A stretch of 53,727 nucleotides of DNA from a virus (IMGVR_UViG_3300030060_003273:1-53727); one strand, 5' to 3'. Shown: positions 22,601-28,943, counted from the first letter of the stretch. Notes: a model not told the origin generated them from the sequence alone. Numbers and translations are program-made.

Positions 22601-23000
22601 CATCCCAGCCTTTTATTTGACCATATCTATTAATTACAGGATTAGCAGAAGAAATAGTTTCGTTAAAAGTATGACCCCCTTCAACTGCATTAAGTGATAT
22701 ATCTAAAGTAACAGGAGCAGGTGCTGTAGGGCTACCGATAGATAACTTTAACAAATTTTCATACTCAAATATTACACCACCTTGGTCAGGTATAACCCAA
22801 GCCTCTAATGTAAAATTATTAACAGTAGTAGTATTGTTAACATTAACTTCACTTTGTTCTAATATTTGTAAATGTGAAAATGATTTTTCTCCACCGGGTA
22901 ATGTTTTACCTGTTTTAGCAAATAAACCATTAGGTACTATAACAGCGTCTGTAATGCCGTTAAAGAACATTGCATAACCGGGGTCTGAAATTACTGTCAT
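4680..23000 (-). CDS. Giant virion tail/baseplate adhesin-like protein (~6106 aa) with an N-terminal LamG/concanavalin-like domain
   Basis: Uninterrupted 18.3-kb ORF. The likely start is ATG 23000 (MTVISDPG, upstream GAGGAG) rather than 23093, which overlaps the previous gene. LamG signature: FTLEAWV...VVVTFNGKNLVIYVNG...IFLGG...FRGIIESI. Many repeated beta-rich modules follow. Confidence 0.8.
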   Translation of the reverse strand: MTVISDPGYAMFFNGITDAVIVPNGLFAKTGKTLPGGEKSFSHLQILEQSEVNVNNTTTVNNFTLEAWVIPDQGGVIFEYENLLKLSIGSPTAPAPVTLDISLNAVEGGHTFNETISSANPVINRYGQIKGWDGLIYPHTSLDAVNSFDAYNTNKNNVSAFTLGHRELLQVVVTFNGKNLVIYVNGEIAVAHDFTEIHKLVLNDGRIFLGGRGGEFRGIIESIHWSKGASDIASEPHAPVKSDSTLGLWRFQEPVSPVETIITIPTVSASNSASTINIGATAAADLIKTILGDTSTSTTSLDLTASPHSNGSYKAARYTDGATSTVSIPHVPYNLLINPLGYDRTTGKPNNLPPERVRIKSIDSSAGTIIIESIHLDYVASTSTGRRGLIHTRTSTSEAVLIMGDCLIDNGMGEPHQPSGTATQFAYRAGQVIIDESIYENHGIVTSLDMAVRETIGRLSETINNNNQYNAVVTGISDSLTPVVDKKLLIGHTGRHYLNHVKSNPYMGILPNPVNESITQKVDGISDVFEVQFPDHYSTVRDQVAMNSQISLYDTKPSQSVTSVVSSSDAFMAIENGMAGLQTSSRSLLAIGGVGIKDNSTSIQFDPLPFILKSLNGHNLTNISNDINSKTYIKHLTPVSESRIALLEVPSLTDEGYAPFIEVHYNAIDMTGETVKYAASDKISADISTNVYVTCTNVKPFGKDGSTIPATELVINDEPAVFDVGSAVIATISHSDNRLTFSLPGGSFASADFNSAFKTLAVTGNIVKRKLNGGVLLVEKTLPDVSTVLSSGSQIIDIVHSDLNSSDKITRLHAPGGIIEFQSTSEFSLDSGDFNGDDTGGVDYENNGQDSVDTSQTPANYFPSHSGDIGQLNPTGVTTANVNNTTHNSVFNQLTIGQSSSDSERTLGFDGIKIGEKPDLDYSTGVYVDSFRCRSVALGDTEIPVYGESAVSHFAVGGKAFNSRGTELGTISAVTHTLITFSSGILKEVLAKEEIYNQPPWRPPPPSTGGRGGTHGGFDIIDSVSNSGGYKIFVQPSDKTKHSQLSKLKVDDKFNIHYLMSKGRLLSFGSDNNSNVTMVCHGVNSDIAGTSIDLEASGSPDSHIVKEIMPGAPVVTVTLGGPGQGALNTKDTWDPSALSRLGWNTRRDNSTKVVSHTTGSPSSITVNPLNNNSDALASWGAYGFPTVGRLYLPVRDTNRLTSSDISITESPPKFASVSYTSRTGNVFTLVAGTGHLGKGDYILADGTEADSFAAWVSATGFTSGAILQLDDKFNPDNICADGTTVNDRLFQSVSSVQHDYQLGTQYASTRAMVEIPLFEEFFFDDIERGIFPGPDNSMRLHVDATYTAHSWAPNPVGRRADAILPQDPEVNSAYSYAINTNAHRSGTKIVKPYDTADRRVFLENAKVFPNPQTSAAAVAGISGSIRPRRAYLPNGEWVLYESVDTSNHYLQIWGGTGGDNYATNVFSKNFLRDLEVGAMLTPAPGIQDSNYETIADNPLLSSVGYEGRRPYYFDRANMMTQGGNVDYGMKQYASAVEFRAGPTTNPHLDRIKSGLAKTKVVSFAGSDLVLEDASNFPLAGTTNTYEIRLAWVDESGTAKYAYYATRSGNTIALSNTGDWASAPPAVGTEIIAWDFYSRTALSSNAEPISLNEPWDNGHLGIINLAWANPYAPGGLRHGDTVWMNMHYTNPHAIEGYFCKSRGVLNENIVHTEFNGGKASTNSNPRDSVPLENFLIGNTCIETAKNFAQHVNKSIELHKLCIASDVQNTSANRDRPMVAFIDPYQCTEEFTRVLLYDVAHDREFIAFQDIWMQVQSSPDAVKIGSATGPNVGGVFANTSDEANAAVSLLDVPPGYASQNKHFTSASQRSEFIESTYAHAFDTTNRGSAFPTGNVNHGHNPDIGSNGITPRTNDAVISGTYAYEKHLQVNASNSSYREQSTFFDTPDGTRVIPAFLALKGIRNSKLSLTNHKESRLQYLKHWTDMDFVRRLSVDLGEVGVKEGVTDIEAAANEVVRLINQAGAKNGQSHARRPADQYLGESERFDLTSVGVKGDSTNRLKDPTAPHQNADFSASGSTHDPAPFWDDSSAFTSHDRGTHMGYVRAHLGRVVLDTNGNKGFSIIIHSTIPGASGRNFCTWLDNSKAQTPYQPQFLIGHGGRMRNYWCQPGEIAGENMHPAPMPINRHGRPFAPITTLKEMLPPEEVEEGFRNNMDLGSDYDGTSTLLVTQGPELATGRGSNTVLSESFETKNPDSVLVNGLRVGTQAKARINFGGMTQAGIPGWGPDCSKWGFPADASSARFNSVYGEVAGVTNALITTTTVAPHIPNEDLKPYNIGNNPFYGIRFVDHRGKSHTIRMVYREYGQRIGDGNKILPPTIDDEIVIWFDDRDVGQGGFTIGRHMVGKGDACGRVTAGAEKLRKGNRWQTYPSPAVGISAAVTYDSTNNNLELVLADPYDNGGELSSSDVLGYLGFPEEGVIELNTASGNTGVIVSYSSRSHYDKDGGGSNKHFFYDITHRAGTISDATYLVSPRVNWTSLLTDEVIAAAVEHAIKMDDPNSDRLEDTSFDCRNMYAADGKTLGEWGVGKNAIRVKAHAKGVMPLRHLFDVTKGKDWGLQGGASEASAVGANHLGGLSTTEIDDGKRLDVGYIPETVLHITTKYRGSNANTATPVLVNSQNNVVSTEVWQQNLRGEKYRRHEGDHIIPSINNYMIDVDDGNMTSSLLTVSSENFFLFVTPGSTNVAASWGERVTAWINDEDFTIVESKTDASGNNYAALNLKFASTDNSTNFETTRNALDATHSLDNIVFSRYGAVKNSMKVDGIRRAGSTRSSPFLYFRGARDSPDHWVPLFFGGGFSGVVMDINDGSNNDYSDFYTHPYSSGPTGCTGLQNIGENSGAFTLLDANAMLAMFPGTAYLDQHKGDVAPPFFNQDALLSFDLNAGQSGSTAHTGVTYGTDASDADRVKVTRPSPVIIRFAHPHARYNQGIGTSSFDVNEQTHTTYMIFGPGQSIPHNTAATEPLPSTRITTAGNLYSVPVHTSQGSSYETFLPNPIHNGGDAMSGTKAYLPNSFTYQINNLEGWNYVMNWEPAQGSPNLISGVHSSNAVGYRHDAATSGRFLSDYVVDGSNKNTPYAHTFTSNGVQNAAGTAFGASGLSTTRLASMCWYMDGGYHPGGNFLDNHVLRNPNHPVTGIKAMNSSGASTNEANYNATSFRVAAQLATAYGATASTSLYSDYMIVDATRCQNAEELAAVVAAAINTYPGSDPLKAIGGTFLPSFQTGHNQDKYGWYKLSGCAYVAHSGSTAGYITMAASGAKPIPEYGWLRIVKKDGGGVFYAPYITYNSGTGVFTLAKHSMMADTDPRNPYDNSEMAAFSNDAAHEVYVWSKTGTHQYNNRGSDSTTRLHMTQVHFSGLVDAVDRTKPVGAVGWHGEAYSYLNSYSNDVLQNPAGKGAWHSFLGFSPYGPADNCFGASLPASGSDASSALLNDFCSMNLSSRHLIAVTHESELPLIAKADRDGVLCTGDWIYVRAAVPSGLTNTSGTGHALYPNNPQFSHPVSQSTNNHLASAGTTLVDTTKVFNKSRYVGPATGGPNVEALIHTSQTLPWNSATYPDTANEDYWHANATNATLELATPCQSPTGDLFWDVDMVPGMRKHELDSADVRKDCISAFNSVQADSPQISGPYYGLHGFYKHRSAAQNFNVEHIVWKRMDGGNLNMPSANSRGLGMVPRTARTTSAGALSHIEHETIYGNCRFSFETTNSAMFPIIQAQEISHPQVAQQHPFEVRNALAIPNEDLQFQEMVVTDDTGQTHTIEGGSPFGTIIYDFRHVSDREIDGLSPSIAGTGLTPNMKIKLPDPDDIPGNIIIRSGFDRIQADQSETWGSGGMNFNWNSITSTSDSNFTKITSPFSGYMKGPRAYPNWENLGWEHISQTMTDGTPVTDFPFSNIDNFSSHTNDYASLITTYEAHDRALYFHITKMGHSSTKRESKGNLTYGTGLSSTNFVAATGPTLTTDEANAIWNDTAENSGGRRFFRVEDTSTGKSTLCSYTGYTHSTFTFAGVVTAPNYDEFIADASTSDIKIYPSYYVPAGTTRFFASRRLRDHSEFSGNSPDMPNTDWENIAGTSVKSQLTTQKLTPIPIPRMGHNYVTPTMAIMPGHYAHPAYQRMFDLHQSCKLAENQSTEYLEADITSPTDSGNNLSYLHPLIWFSTPTAAHSPSDIHGGAFTLLTETKIKYEGYGIAASVGDAGAINAQGGHSIVLEAAGAYTLNQHFPDPMETGAYQIIIQPNLFSAQITGFHNNASSATLAPSQTSSYTSSLTTQQVNTVIAIEHDVSGLYGAYTLVLAEATMADIRGCEIIINEVMLDMEPDAGSQFTNIPTLGLYNSLGVNENTSPHFTRRSLPYHPNMFQKATPGYTLTVPWWSVVHSEGVNSVAASRWRNLEWLKPDNYYEVSRNTFGAIGGQITLGGYPSSYLDVYENHYRNRSLTPVCTVWEDSNQIRTDTVYLTVATNHSAGSAATFGGNPKIIKLENAADMNKISVGMTVTGTGIAANSYVTQIDSDTLFRVNNDTTATNSLIELTFTYYKIAVNNADLFPVRPSYGEYLEYTDSSGKRRLATYLYRTGATSDANSPTETLAKSDYFIGVVGWENGVPSDNFSTVLDAMVSASGPNRVYLKLSGPYDNREAGEIYTNSDKSIATRTLPQLLHGTRDTNSLHSPDAFLCAWHPNLGRPFTWYSDDSSRGFYDKNGAADTPVDKVGYNNIPEHFETIHYHDFFYAASKGPFNLSMTAPAPPSIAANGTAINNTGASSTAAVIDAIVDGSVTLNPQGGNYQSVARIKCLSADDADYDAKVITITSTDGTVRAYTFDDGAAPTDTAVVGTGTERIVRIQNDATASAIAMRLKMAIEHSDGHNGKILVEITDDDNTLNTDTTPDTLLLTQATAGSAGNVTISSTAATSTLTVTGFTDGNQYNYIGFWPGGSRGGPAVSRLDGFADAMVGWGPLTSLDCFGYKDSSITSTSTEGISKLTYNKVNSLSDYERNRCFGYRFGLRQPYNRPRWSIYTRAFLEIAPYIIQIRTGTIGDINGESITIKSTIDDRIRKYVFDSSGSYASGDYKDANESIPEIYVNTNGETTKGGIRLELQTAVTSANGHGNTVAVKNNPTQIAVGDQAGWLILDNIAWAHTDADISHIAQYNIAGASNQVIQDNVMLTNNSAGYHNGPFVQSEAYTSTYLGAGSGFETIVSTEYSSNSLISVQQGILGRLTQITALLNEDQLSRQVRYSDGRRITRPFGCPVRTIRNSSSVRRLYPGDDAGKGIDELASAHRYYMVDWWGNTRGEDVRRFPARGFGIRPAWDPEDAYLDVNVGDRITTDIFKGDLTDRLSGEDNTTNNDVANMSKVDWFNPQTALRVGDRGDGRGVRWPTVFNESMLHDISNAASATGMVLSANTAEPNFGKGMIRASNDAPADTEIKRGISDRLSIADDYGLLKPEASVSRRIETLTGTFSYAVDLFEPVSRSAPRIGIDADNLGDLRTGQKREYVAIGTQAYSLHTDREIGQRAALGGSYTGGNRILLNLDMTSMSWASQPTNAVIKSSNCYTIWPLGGTYVLEVSNYAEPFDDTGWGNLTASTPSGNPYQDSNHSPKTRTNIYDKSIKFMLRPSRALDNTHMQMFRHAPAVKTAAPQSQSKARATITFSGACSVDQAITLISTDGTSKTYTAKGSTTAGSLQFINTDAIAAATALKTCIENAAGHQNKITVEQHSDGTGIGKNRLTLTQVTVGSAGNTTITENLDNVTVTNFLYGSDNGNNFYRATSGGKYGMFNLQAISARTARTYSPVYALAPATSLTVPVAHGPLITGAMTSDFLSTRKETDAKAKAVITITDYSELNNGDIASLISTGTTTHNFTIGAQNPSGKTWALTFTNSTGAYNNDPTITIDSTTLLQIGMNVSGTGIPTGATVSSITDATTFELSAATTGGSLSSQTLTFTSNEIAADNLAACITHQSDFIAESIGNEVHVTQSVAGSAGNTTITLTDSGSAGMIKSDFVGGILYSVKEKGLSESVGRMVMSDNTLRHFRSDAPRRVTEIETDKQDRPDYNVKARYSQLSYPQDIKRVI

Positions 23001-23010
23001 ATTTTTCTCC

Positions 23011-24882
23011 TCATGGTGATATTGATTGATGTACTGCTGATAATAGCATGTTAAAAGTATATTCTGTGTCCCCTGCTTGGTAGTTAATATCAAGTTTAGA
23101 CGCTATAATTCTTATCCCACCTTTATTGCCCATAGAACCTTCATTTATTGCGATTGCTATATCCCCCAATATATTACCAACTACTGTGTGTAAACCCTGT
23201 AATATATCACCCACTGTTCCCATAGAATCAAAAAGTTGGTCTATTACGTTATCAGAGGCTGTATCTTCTTCTACTTCTGCATTTTTAAATTTTAAAATTT
23301 CCATAACTTCAGAGGCAGGTCTTGTATTACCAACAGAAGTTTTTTGGTCTTCTGGTATAGAGCCATATGTTAAAAAGAAATTTCTTACTTCAGGACTAAC
23401 AGTGTTAGATGTAATGAGAGATTGATATGGTATCTGTATACCCGCTATTTCAGTAGGGCTGTTAATTGGAGAATTAGCAAATAAACCAAGTAAATTTTGT
23501 GCTTTATCACCTGCTGATAGCACAACATTACTCTTACCTTGTGATATACCCCCACTAAATTTAGTAGCATTTATAGGTGAATTACTTGTTGTATCTGCAG
23601 AATAAATCCTACCTACACCATAATCTGAAGGTTTAGATGTAACCCCACCTGTACCTGCTTCTCCATAAAGTTCTAAAGGTGTTAAATTATCATAATGGGA
23701 TGTTTTAATACCACCTTCTTTGTCAAACACATCACCAACTTCATCTCTTTGAACATCAACCCCCTTTATATTAGAACCTGTCCCTGTAACAGAGGCAGTA
23801 AAAGCATGTGCCACAGTTTTACCACCTGTTGATATAACATCAAAATCTGATACTTCTAAATTACTATTAATTGCTGCCTCAATTGCTTTGGCTAAACCTG
23901 CACATGGAGAACTGTTTACAGGAGAATCGCTAGTTGGGTTTGAAAATATACCTTTAATTGGTATCTTGATAGTGGGTATAACATTACCACTTTGTTGAGT
24001 GAGTTTGGTACCTGATACTAAACTAGCATTTACCGAACTCCCCAGTGTAGAATAAGCAGAATTAGCAGTGCCATCAAATATGAATACTATAGGAGTTCCT
24101 TTTCTCACAGCAGAGGGTTTACCATTATGAGCCCAGTGAAAAGGTACGAGTGCAAATCCCATACCATCTAAATAATCTTCAACACTTAATCTGTATATTT
24201 TCTCACCAATTTCCAAACCCCTAGTGGCAGGCGATGATAATATTAAACTACCCTCACCCGTAGGTAAACTAGTTGAATGGTTCATAGTATTAGAGCCAGT
24301 TCTTACAAAACCACTTGATACTAACTTTATGTTAGAATTATATACACTATCTCCTGATAATTGATTATTTGCAGATGCAAATAAATTATGTGTTGACCGT
24401 CCTGTTTTAGAATAAGTAGACATACCAGTCCATAATTGTGAGTTGGCTTTGGTTTTTCTAATATGGGCTTGTATTATACTAGTTTTACTTATTGATGCAC
24501 CTGAGTCTTGAGTAAAAAGTTTAGAAGTAGTGGTTGCATAGAACCTATGGTCCATTGCCCCCATCTGTCTAGATATACCACTACTTGCATTTCTAGCGAA
24601 TGTTGGATAAAGAGGGAAAGTGCTTATTCTACAAGTATCAGGTGTACCTTGTGAAATAGAAGCCCCTTCTGCTTCATCGGCTAGAACACCTCTAATGTTA
24701 ATAACAGTGCTAGGTATATTGAGGTCCAATCCAATCTTTTTAGCATCACTTACTGGTATAGAAAAAACAGATATATTTCTTTCAGTTGTGACTGATAAAT
24801 CTGTGACATCTAAATAAATAGGATGTAACTCAGGTGGAAATACACTATTATCTCTACGAATTAATTTTACTCTTATAGCCAT
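23011..24882 (-). CDS. Distal-tail (Dit)/tube-fold baseplate protein, paralog 2 (~623 aa)
   Basis: Likely start MAIRVKL at 24882. Shares blocks with the upstream gene (GLDLNIP, SAGDKAQNLLGL, IAGIQIPY, RNFFLTYG). The Dit call comes from position and predicted fold. Confidence 0.55.
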   Translation of the reverse strand: MAIRVKLIRRDNSVFPPELHPIYLDVTDLSVTTERNISVFSIPVSDAKKIGLDLNIPSTVINIRGVLADEAEGASISQGTPDTCRISTFPLYPTFARNASSGISRQMGAMDHRFYATTTSKLFTQDSGASISKTSIIQAHIRKTKANSQLWTGMSTYSKTGRSTHNLFASANNQLSGDSVYNSNIKLVSSGFVRTGSNTMNHSTSLPTGEGSLILSSPATRGLEIGEKIYRLSVEDYLDGMGFALVPFHWAHNGKPSAVRKGTPIVFIFDGTANSAYSTLGSSVNASLVSGTKLTQQSGNVIPTIKIPIKGIFSNPTSDSPVNSSPCAGLAKAIEAAINSNLEVSDFDVISTGGKTVAHAFTASVTGTGSNIKGVDVQRDEVGDVFDKEGGIKTSHYDNLTPLELYGEAGTGGVTSKPSDYGVGRIYSADTTSNSPINATKFSGGISQGKSNVVLSAGDKAQNLLGLFANSPINSPTEIAGIQIPYQSLITSNTVSPEVRNFFLTYGSIPEDQKTSVGNTRPASEVMEILKFKNAEVEEDTASDNVIDQLFDSMGTVGDILQGLHTVVGNILGDIAIAINEGSMGNKGGIRIIASKLDINYQAGDTEYTFNMLLSAVHQSISP

Positions 24883-24886
24883 AATA

Positions 24887-27800
24887 TCACACCACAAAGT
24901 CTACGGCTGCCATAGCCAAATCAAATTCATAAAGCCTATCTTCTGCATTGAATCTTACTTCTAAAGTCTCAACTGCTGCTTTTATACCACTCATTCTAGG
25001 TCCATTTTCATAAGGTACAAATGGAGAGGATGCGTGTGTTGTATTATTAGCAGCATTCATTTCAATCCACTTTTTAGAGCCATAAGTGATATAAAAATTA
25101 CGTTGGTCTTTTAATAAACGATTGGTACTGTTTACTCTTTGTACAGTTCCACGTGCAGTTCCACCTGTTGTACTAGTGTTTACAGCAACAGTAAATTCTC
25201 TTTCACTACCAACTGCTGTTATAATTTGTTCACCGTTTAATAAACTAGAAGAGTTTTTAATTTCAACCGTATCACCTATTTTAAAATCATGTTCATTAGC
25301 AGTTATTATAACAGTATTACTACTAACTGATGTTTTCTTAGATATTGGATAAACAGGTTCATCTATTGTAGCAATGTTAGATGTAGTAACATAAGGTATT
25401 TGTATACCATGTATATAATCTTGAAAAGCAATACTGTTGCCAACACCAAGTGTTTCAGTAGCAGTCATCACACCATCTAAAATTTTAGTAAATATATTAT
25501 TAGTGCCTACAAAACCCGGTAAGTTACCTTGGTAGAAATTTTGCATATTAGCCGCAAGTCCCATTAAATCCTGTGCCTTATCACCTGCTGATTTAACATT
25601 AGATGCTGCCCTACCTCCTGTAAAATTTTTAAAGTTGGGTTTAATAAAACCTATATTACTTTTGTAAAATAACATGTTGTTTTTAATAATTCTAAGATTT
25701 TCTCCATTTTCTCCGGGGGTTAAAGCACCTGCAACTTTTTGTGTAATTATAACTCTACCATGCTGAGTGCCTGCTCCACCCCTTACCACCCTAGCGCTAA
25801 ATGCATCACTAAGTTTTGTTTGAGGAATGAAGACTTTTGCACCTTGTGTAGGGGTAAACGCTGTGTTTTCTAAAACTAATTGAGATGCTGTAAATGATTT
25901 AACATAACCTAAAAATACATCAGGTGTACTAGCATTTTCGGTAAATATATACTCACCGTTTTGTAATATATCTGAATAAGATAAAGTAACTGAATTTGTA
26001 GGTTGTGTCACAGCGTTGTATTTATCTACTGTAGTTGGAGTACCTATAGTTCTACCAGAATCGTTTAGTAAGTTACTAACAGGTTTAGCACCTAGTTTTG
26101 CTACATCATGTCTGAAAATACCCGTAGTAGATGTTTCTCCTGATAATGTAACTGCCCTTGCTATCTTGTAAGCCAAATATTCTATAGGGCTTTTAGCACC
26201 ACCTAAGTCTCTTTGTATGGTAGTATTATCATAAGTTTCAGGAGGATTCATTAAATCATAAACTGGTATTACAACTACAGGTTTACCGTATTGGCTATTT
26301 TGAGAATCAGAACTGCTGTCAGTCCAATCTTCAAATTGAATAGGCCAAAAAGTATTCGCTGCATTAAATTCCTTTATAGCACGTGAGCCATTCATCCTTA
26401 ATATCCATATTTTAGTATAAGAAGAATGATTGCCTGCATTCCATGATTCTAAACCTGTAGAGGCTTTAGTGTGACCTGAACTACTAATTGTAACTGAATT
26501 GCTAGTCCAACTTTGTAATCTTCCTAACATAACTGGTGTTCCTAATTCAGTATCACTTGTTGAGGCTACTAATATGTAATTTCTATTTGAAGGTGAACTA
26601 GCAAACACTTCAATGGGTTCTAGACCAGTTGTCCCATAAGTATCACCACTAATACTACCAGTATTAATTGATAAGCCTGAAAATGTAGGTCTGTTAACAT
26701 AACCGTATGGTTCTTGGGGTGTAGGCTGCCTATTGGCGTTTAAATAAAACCTAACATAGTAATTATTGTTTGCAGCACTACTATTTGTTGCTGGTAAACT
26801 ATAAGGGTTAGTTGAGTTTTCTCCAAAGGATAGTCCCCATTTATTGATAAGATAGGCTTCTACTTTCCACCTATCTCCATCACTTAATACTCTTGGGTAG
26901 ATTAAAACCTCTGCTATATGGCCTATGAAGCCCTCAGTGGTAGTGCTACTACTACTAGCAGTTCCACCATCTGTACCAGCCCCTCCAATAACAGTGACTT
27001 TGTGATTACTTGATGCGGCTATATCTTGAAGCCCATTACCCTCCGTAAAGTAAACTGATTCGGCTAAGGCTCCTCCATTACTATTCCAACACTCTGCAGT
27101 ATCTTGTGTGGGAGAGGCATCTAACCTTAATACTGATAAACCTAATGAGTTTGTATCAAAGCCTACTTTATGAGTATGTACTTCTTTTACAGTATCATCA
27201 TTAGTTGTATAAGGACTACTTAATGAGCCTTGAGCAGTGCCTGCAGTGTGCACTTCCCATGTCAAATTACCTCCAAACTGAGTAGACCAATTAGCACCCG
27301 CTTTATAAGATGCTTTCAAAAGCCAGCCTGCCCCATCTTCTCTATCTTTATTATCAATAATTGCATCTTCAGAGTCGCCTCTTTGACCGTTACCAGAAAC
27401 TACAAATACAGTTTGGTTTTTTAATTGATGGGCACACTTTTGACTTCCTTGGCTCATACCAGTTGTACTCATTTTTAAATAACATTCTGAACTACCATCA
27501 AAATATATACTAGGTAATCCGTTAAAAGATTTAGCATGTACTTTAGGTTTATTTGATTCACTAGTTGTAAAAGATGGTGTCACAAATAAGTTACTTTCCC
27601 CTGTTACTACTACTTCACTAGAAGGTGCTTTGTTAGTCCAAGTAGTGACTTCTGTGTTACCACTAGATTCAGCAAAGTCATTAGCATCTAACCACAAAGC
27701 CATACCTGCGATAGGTGTGGTAGGCGGTCCTGTATTACCATCACCACCTGTATATCTCCAATGTGCTAACGGTAAATCAAACCATTTGCCATCTAAATCT

Positions 27801-28192
27801 TTGACATCTGTAACGACAGGTAAACCTGTTGTATCTGATACAGCATCACCACCATCCCATTTGTCCATTTCACCGCAACCAAATGTGTTTGGTAATAAAG
27901 AACTATATTGAGTACCGTAGTCTGTAGATAAAAACCCTACATCAATTTCTGCAACTGCTCCTTCCCCAGCATCATTACTAGCAGCATCGTCTGTAATCAC
28001 ACCTGTTACTGCAAACTGAATACGAGGCATATTCAAATCTATACCTACGTTTTGACCCATTCTCAAAGGTATGGGTATTTGGGAGTGCTCTCTTTCTACA
28101 GTTATATTATAACCAGTAGCATCTAAAGAAATGGTATTACCATTTTCCTGTACCAATCTGATTGGTAATTTATTTAGACGCTTATCAACCAT
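24887..28192 (-). CDS. Distal-tail (Dit)/tube-fold baseplate protein, paralog 1, with an inserted LamG-like lectin domain (1101 aa)
   Basis: Directly follows the tape-measure slot. Core blocks: GIDLNMP, SAGDKAQDLMGL, IHGIQIPY, RNFYITYG. The insert at about 26830-27715 reads GMALWLDAND...NGLPSIYFDG...GHIAEVLIYPRVLS...VEAYLINKWG. Confidence 0.6.
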   Translation of the reverse strand: MVDKRLNKLPIRLVQENGNTISLDATGYNITVEREHSQIPIPLRMGQNVGIDLNMPRIQFAVTGVITDDAASNDAGEGAVAEIDVGFLSTDYGTQYSSLLPNTFGCGEMDKWDGGDAVSDTTGLPVVTDVKDLDGKWFDLPLAHWRYTGGDGNTGPPTTPIAGMALWLDANDFAESSGNTEVTTWTNKAPSSEVVVTGESNLFVTPSFTTSESNKPKVHAKSFNGLPSIYFDGSSECYLKMSTTGMSQGSQKCAHQLKNQTVFVVSGNGQRGDSEDAIIDNKDREDGAGWLLKASYKAGANWSTQFGGNLTWEVHTAGTAQGSLSSPYTTNDDTVKEVHTHKVGFDTNSLGLSVLRLDASPTQDTAECWNSNGGALAESVYFTEGNGLQDIAASSNHKVTVIGGAGTDGGTASSSSTTTEGFIGHIAEVLIYPRVLSDGDRWKVEAYLINKWGLSFGENSTNPYSLPATNSSAANNNYYVRFYLNANRQPTPQEPYGYVNRPTFSGLSINTGSISGDTYGTTGLEPIEVFASSPSNRNYILVASTSDTELGTPVMLGRLQSWTSNSVTISSSGHTKASTGLESWNAGNHSSYTKIWILRMNGSRAIKEFNAANTFWPIQFEDWTDSSSDSQNSQYGKPVVVIPVYDLMNPPETYDNTTIQRDLGGAKSPIEYLAYKIARAVTLSGETSTTGIFRHDVAKLGAKPVSNLLNDSGRTIGTPTTVDKYNAVTQPTNSVTLSYSDILQNGEYIFTENASTPDVFLGYVKSFTASQLVLENTAFTPTQGAKVFIPQTKLSDAFSARVVRGGAGTQHGRVIITQKVAGALTPGENGENLRIIKNNMLFYKSNIGFIKPNFKNFTGGRAASNVKSAGDKAQDLMGLAANMQNFYQGNLPGFVGTNNIFTKILDGVMTATETLGVGNSIAFQDYIHGIQIPYVTTSNIATIDEPVYPISKKTSVSSNTVIITANEHDFKIGDTVEIKNSSSLLNGEQIITAVGSEREFTVAVNTSTTGGTARGTVQRVNSTNRLLKDQRNFYITYGSKKWIEMNAANNTTHASSPFVPYENGPRMSGIKAAVETLEVRFNAEDRLYEFDLAMAAVDFVV

Positions 28193-28194
28193 GC

Positions 28195-28674
28195 TTATGC
28201 TCCTCTGTTATACCCACCACTCGATAATGGTCCACCCATTTTACTTTTTAATTCTCTAGCAACCATTTTGCTAATGTCTTTAGCCAACTTTTCTTTGTCA
28301 GTTTTATCTGTTACACCACTAACATCTATCTTGATTGTGCCTATTTCTACTTTATTAGTAGTGCCAGACTGCATTCCTCTAGATTGTTGGCCTCCCATTT
28401 GTGCAGTATTGGTTTCTTTTTGTAATTTCTTAACTTCTTTTAGACTATTATGAAAACCATCTAATGATTTATTAGCATCTTTGAATGCATCTGTCTTACC
28501 CATTTCTTTGAAGCCTTTTGTAAAATCACTAGTTCTTGCCCTAACTGTATCCATATCACGGTTAAAATTACCCATTCGCTTTTCTAGTAGTTTAAACTTA
28601 TCTTGTGCATTTTCAATTTCCATTCTAAAAGTCTTCATTGCTTCTACACTTCTAGGGTCTATTTTTTCATCCAT
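28195..28674 (-). CDS. Miniature tape-measure-like protein (~159 aa)
   Basis: Sits between the G/GT chaperones and the Dit-like gene. It has a helical N-terminal region, a Q/G linker and a TMP-like C-terminus (NKVEIGTIKIDVSG...KLAKDISKMVARELK). Likely start is ATG 28674 after GAGGTGA. Confidence 0.6.
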   Translation of the reverse strand: MDEKIDPRSVEAMKTFRMEIENAQDKFKLLEKRMGNFNRDMDTVRARTSDFTKGFKEMGKTDAFKDANKSLDGFHNSLKEVKKLQKETNTAQMGGQQSRGMQSGTTNKVEIGTIKIDVSGVTDKTDKEKLAKDISKMVARELKSKMGGPLSSGGYNRGA

Positions 28675-28679
28675 TTTAT

Positions 28680-28943
28680 TCACCTCAATGGCGGCACATT
28701 ATCATAATTTAGATATACGCCTTCGCCCTTGTCGCTATGAGACTCCACTTGGTTCATTGCTATTGCCCAAGATACTGATTGCTCTAATTCTTTTAACGAC
28801 ATATTATTCACATCCCTTATTGTCCATCCATAGTTTTTCATTAATACATAAGTCATTGATTCTAAATTTAAGCGAAGTCTTTCTTTTTCAGGTATTTTCC
28901 TCCCATTCATAAAATCCTTTACAAGTCTGACTCCGCTTTGGAA
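28680..28943 (-). CDS. Tail assembly chaperone GT extension, reached by -1 frameshift
   Basis: The -1 frame from the slippery site reads FQSGVRLVKDF and continues into the track's 76-aa ORF (MNGRKIPE...). YGWTIRDVNNMSLKEL is typical of gpT-like segments. Confidence 0.8.
   Translation of the reverse strand, partial: FQSGVRLVKDFMNGRKIPEKERLRLNLESMTYVLMKNYGWTIRDVNNMSLKELEQSVSWAIAMNQVESHSDKGEGVYLNYDNVPPLR

Noticed and set aside
4680-23000. Giant ORF as the tape measure or a virion RNA polymerase
   Set aside because: It is beta-, Gly- and Pro-rich rather than helical, is not in the tape-measure slot, and I found no convincing polymerase motif by eye.
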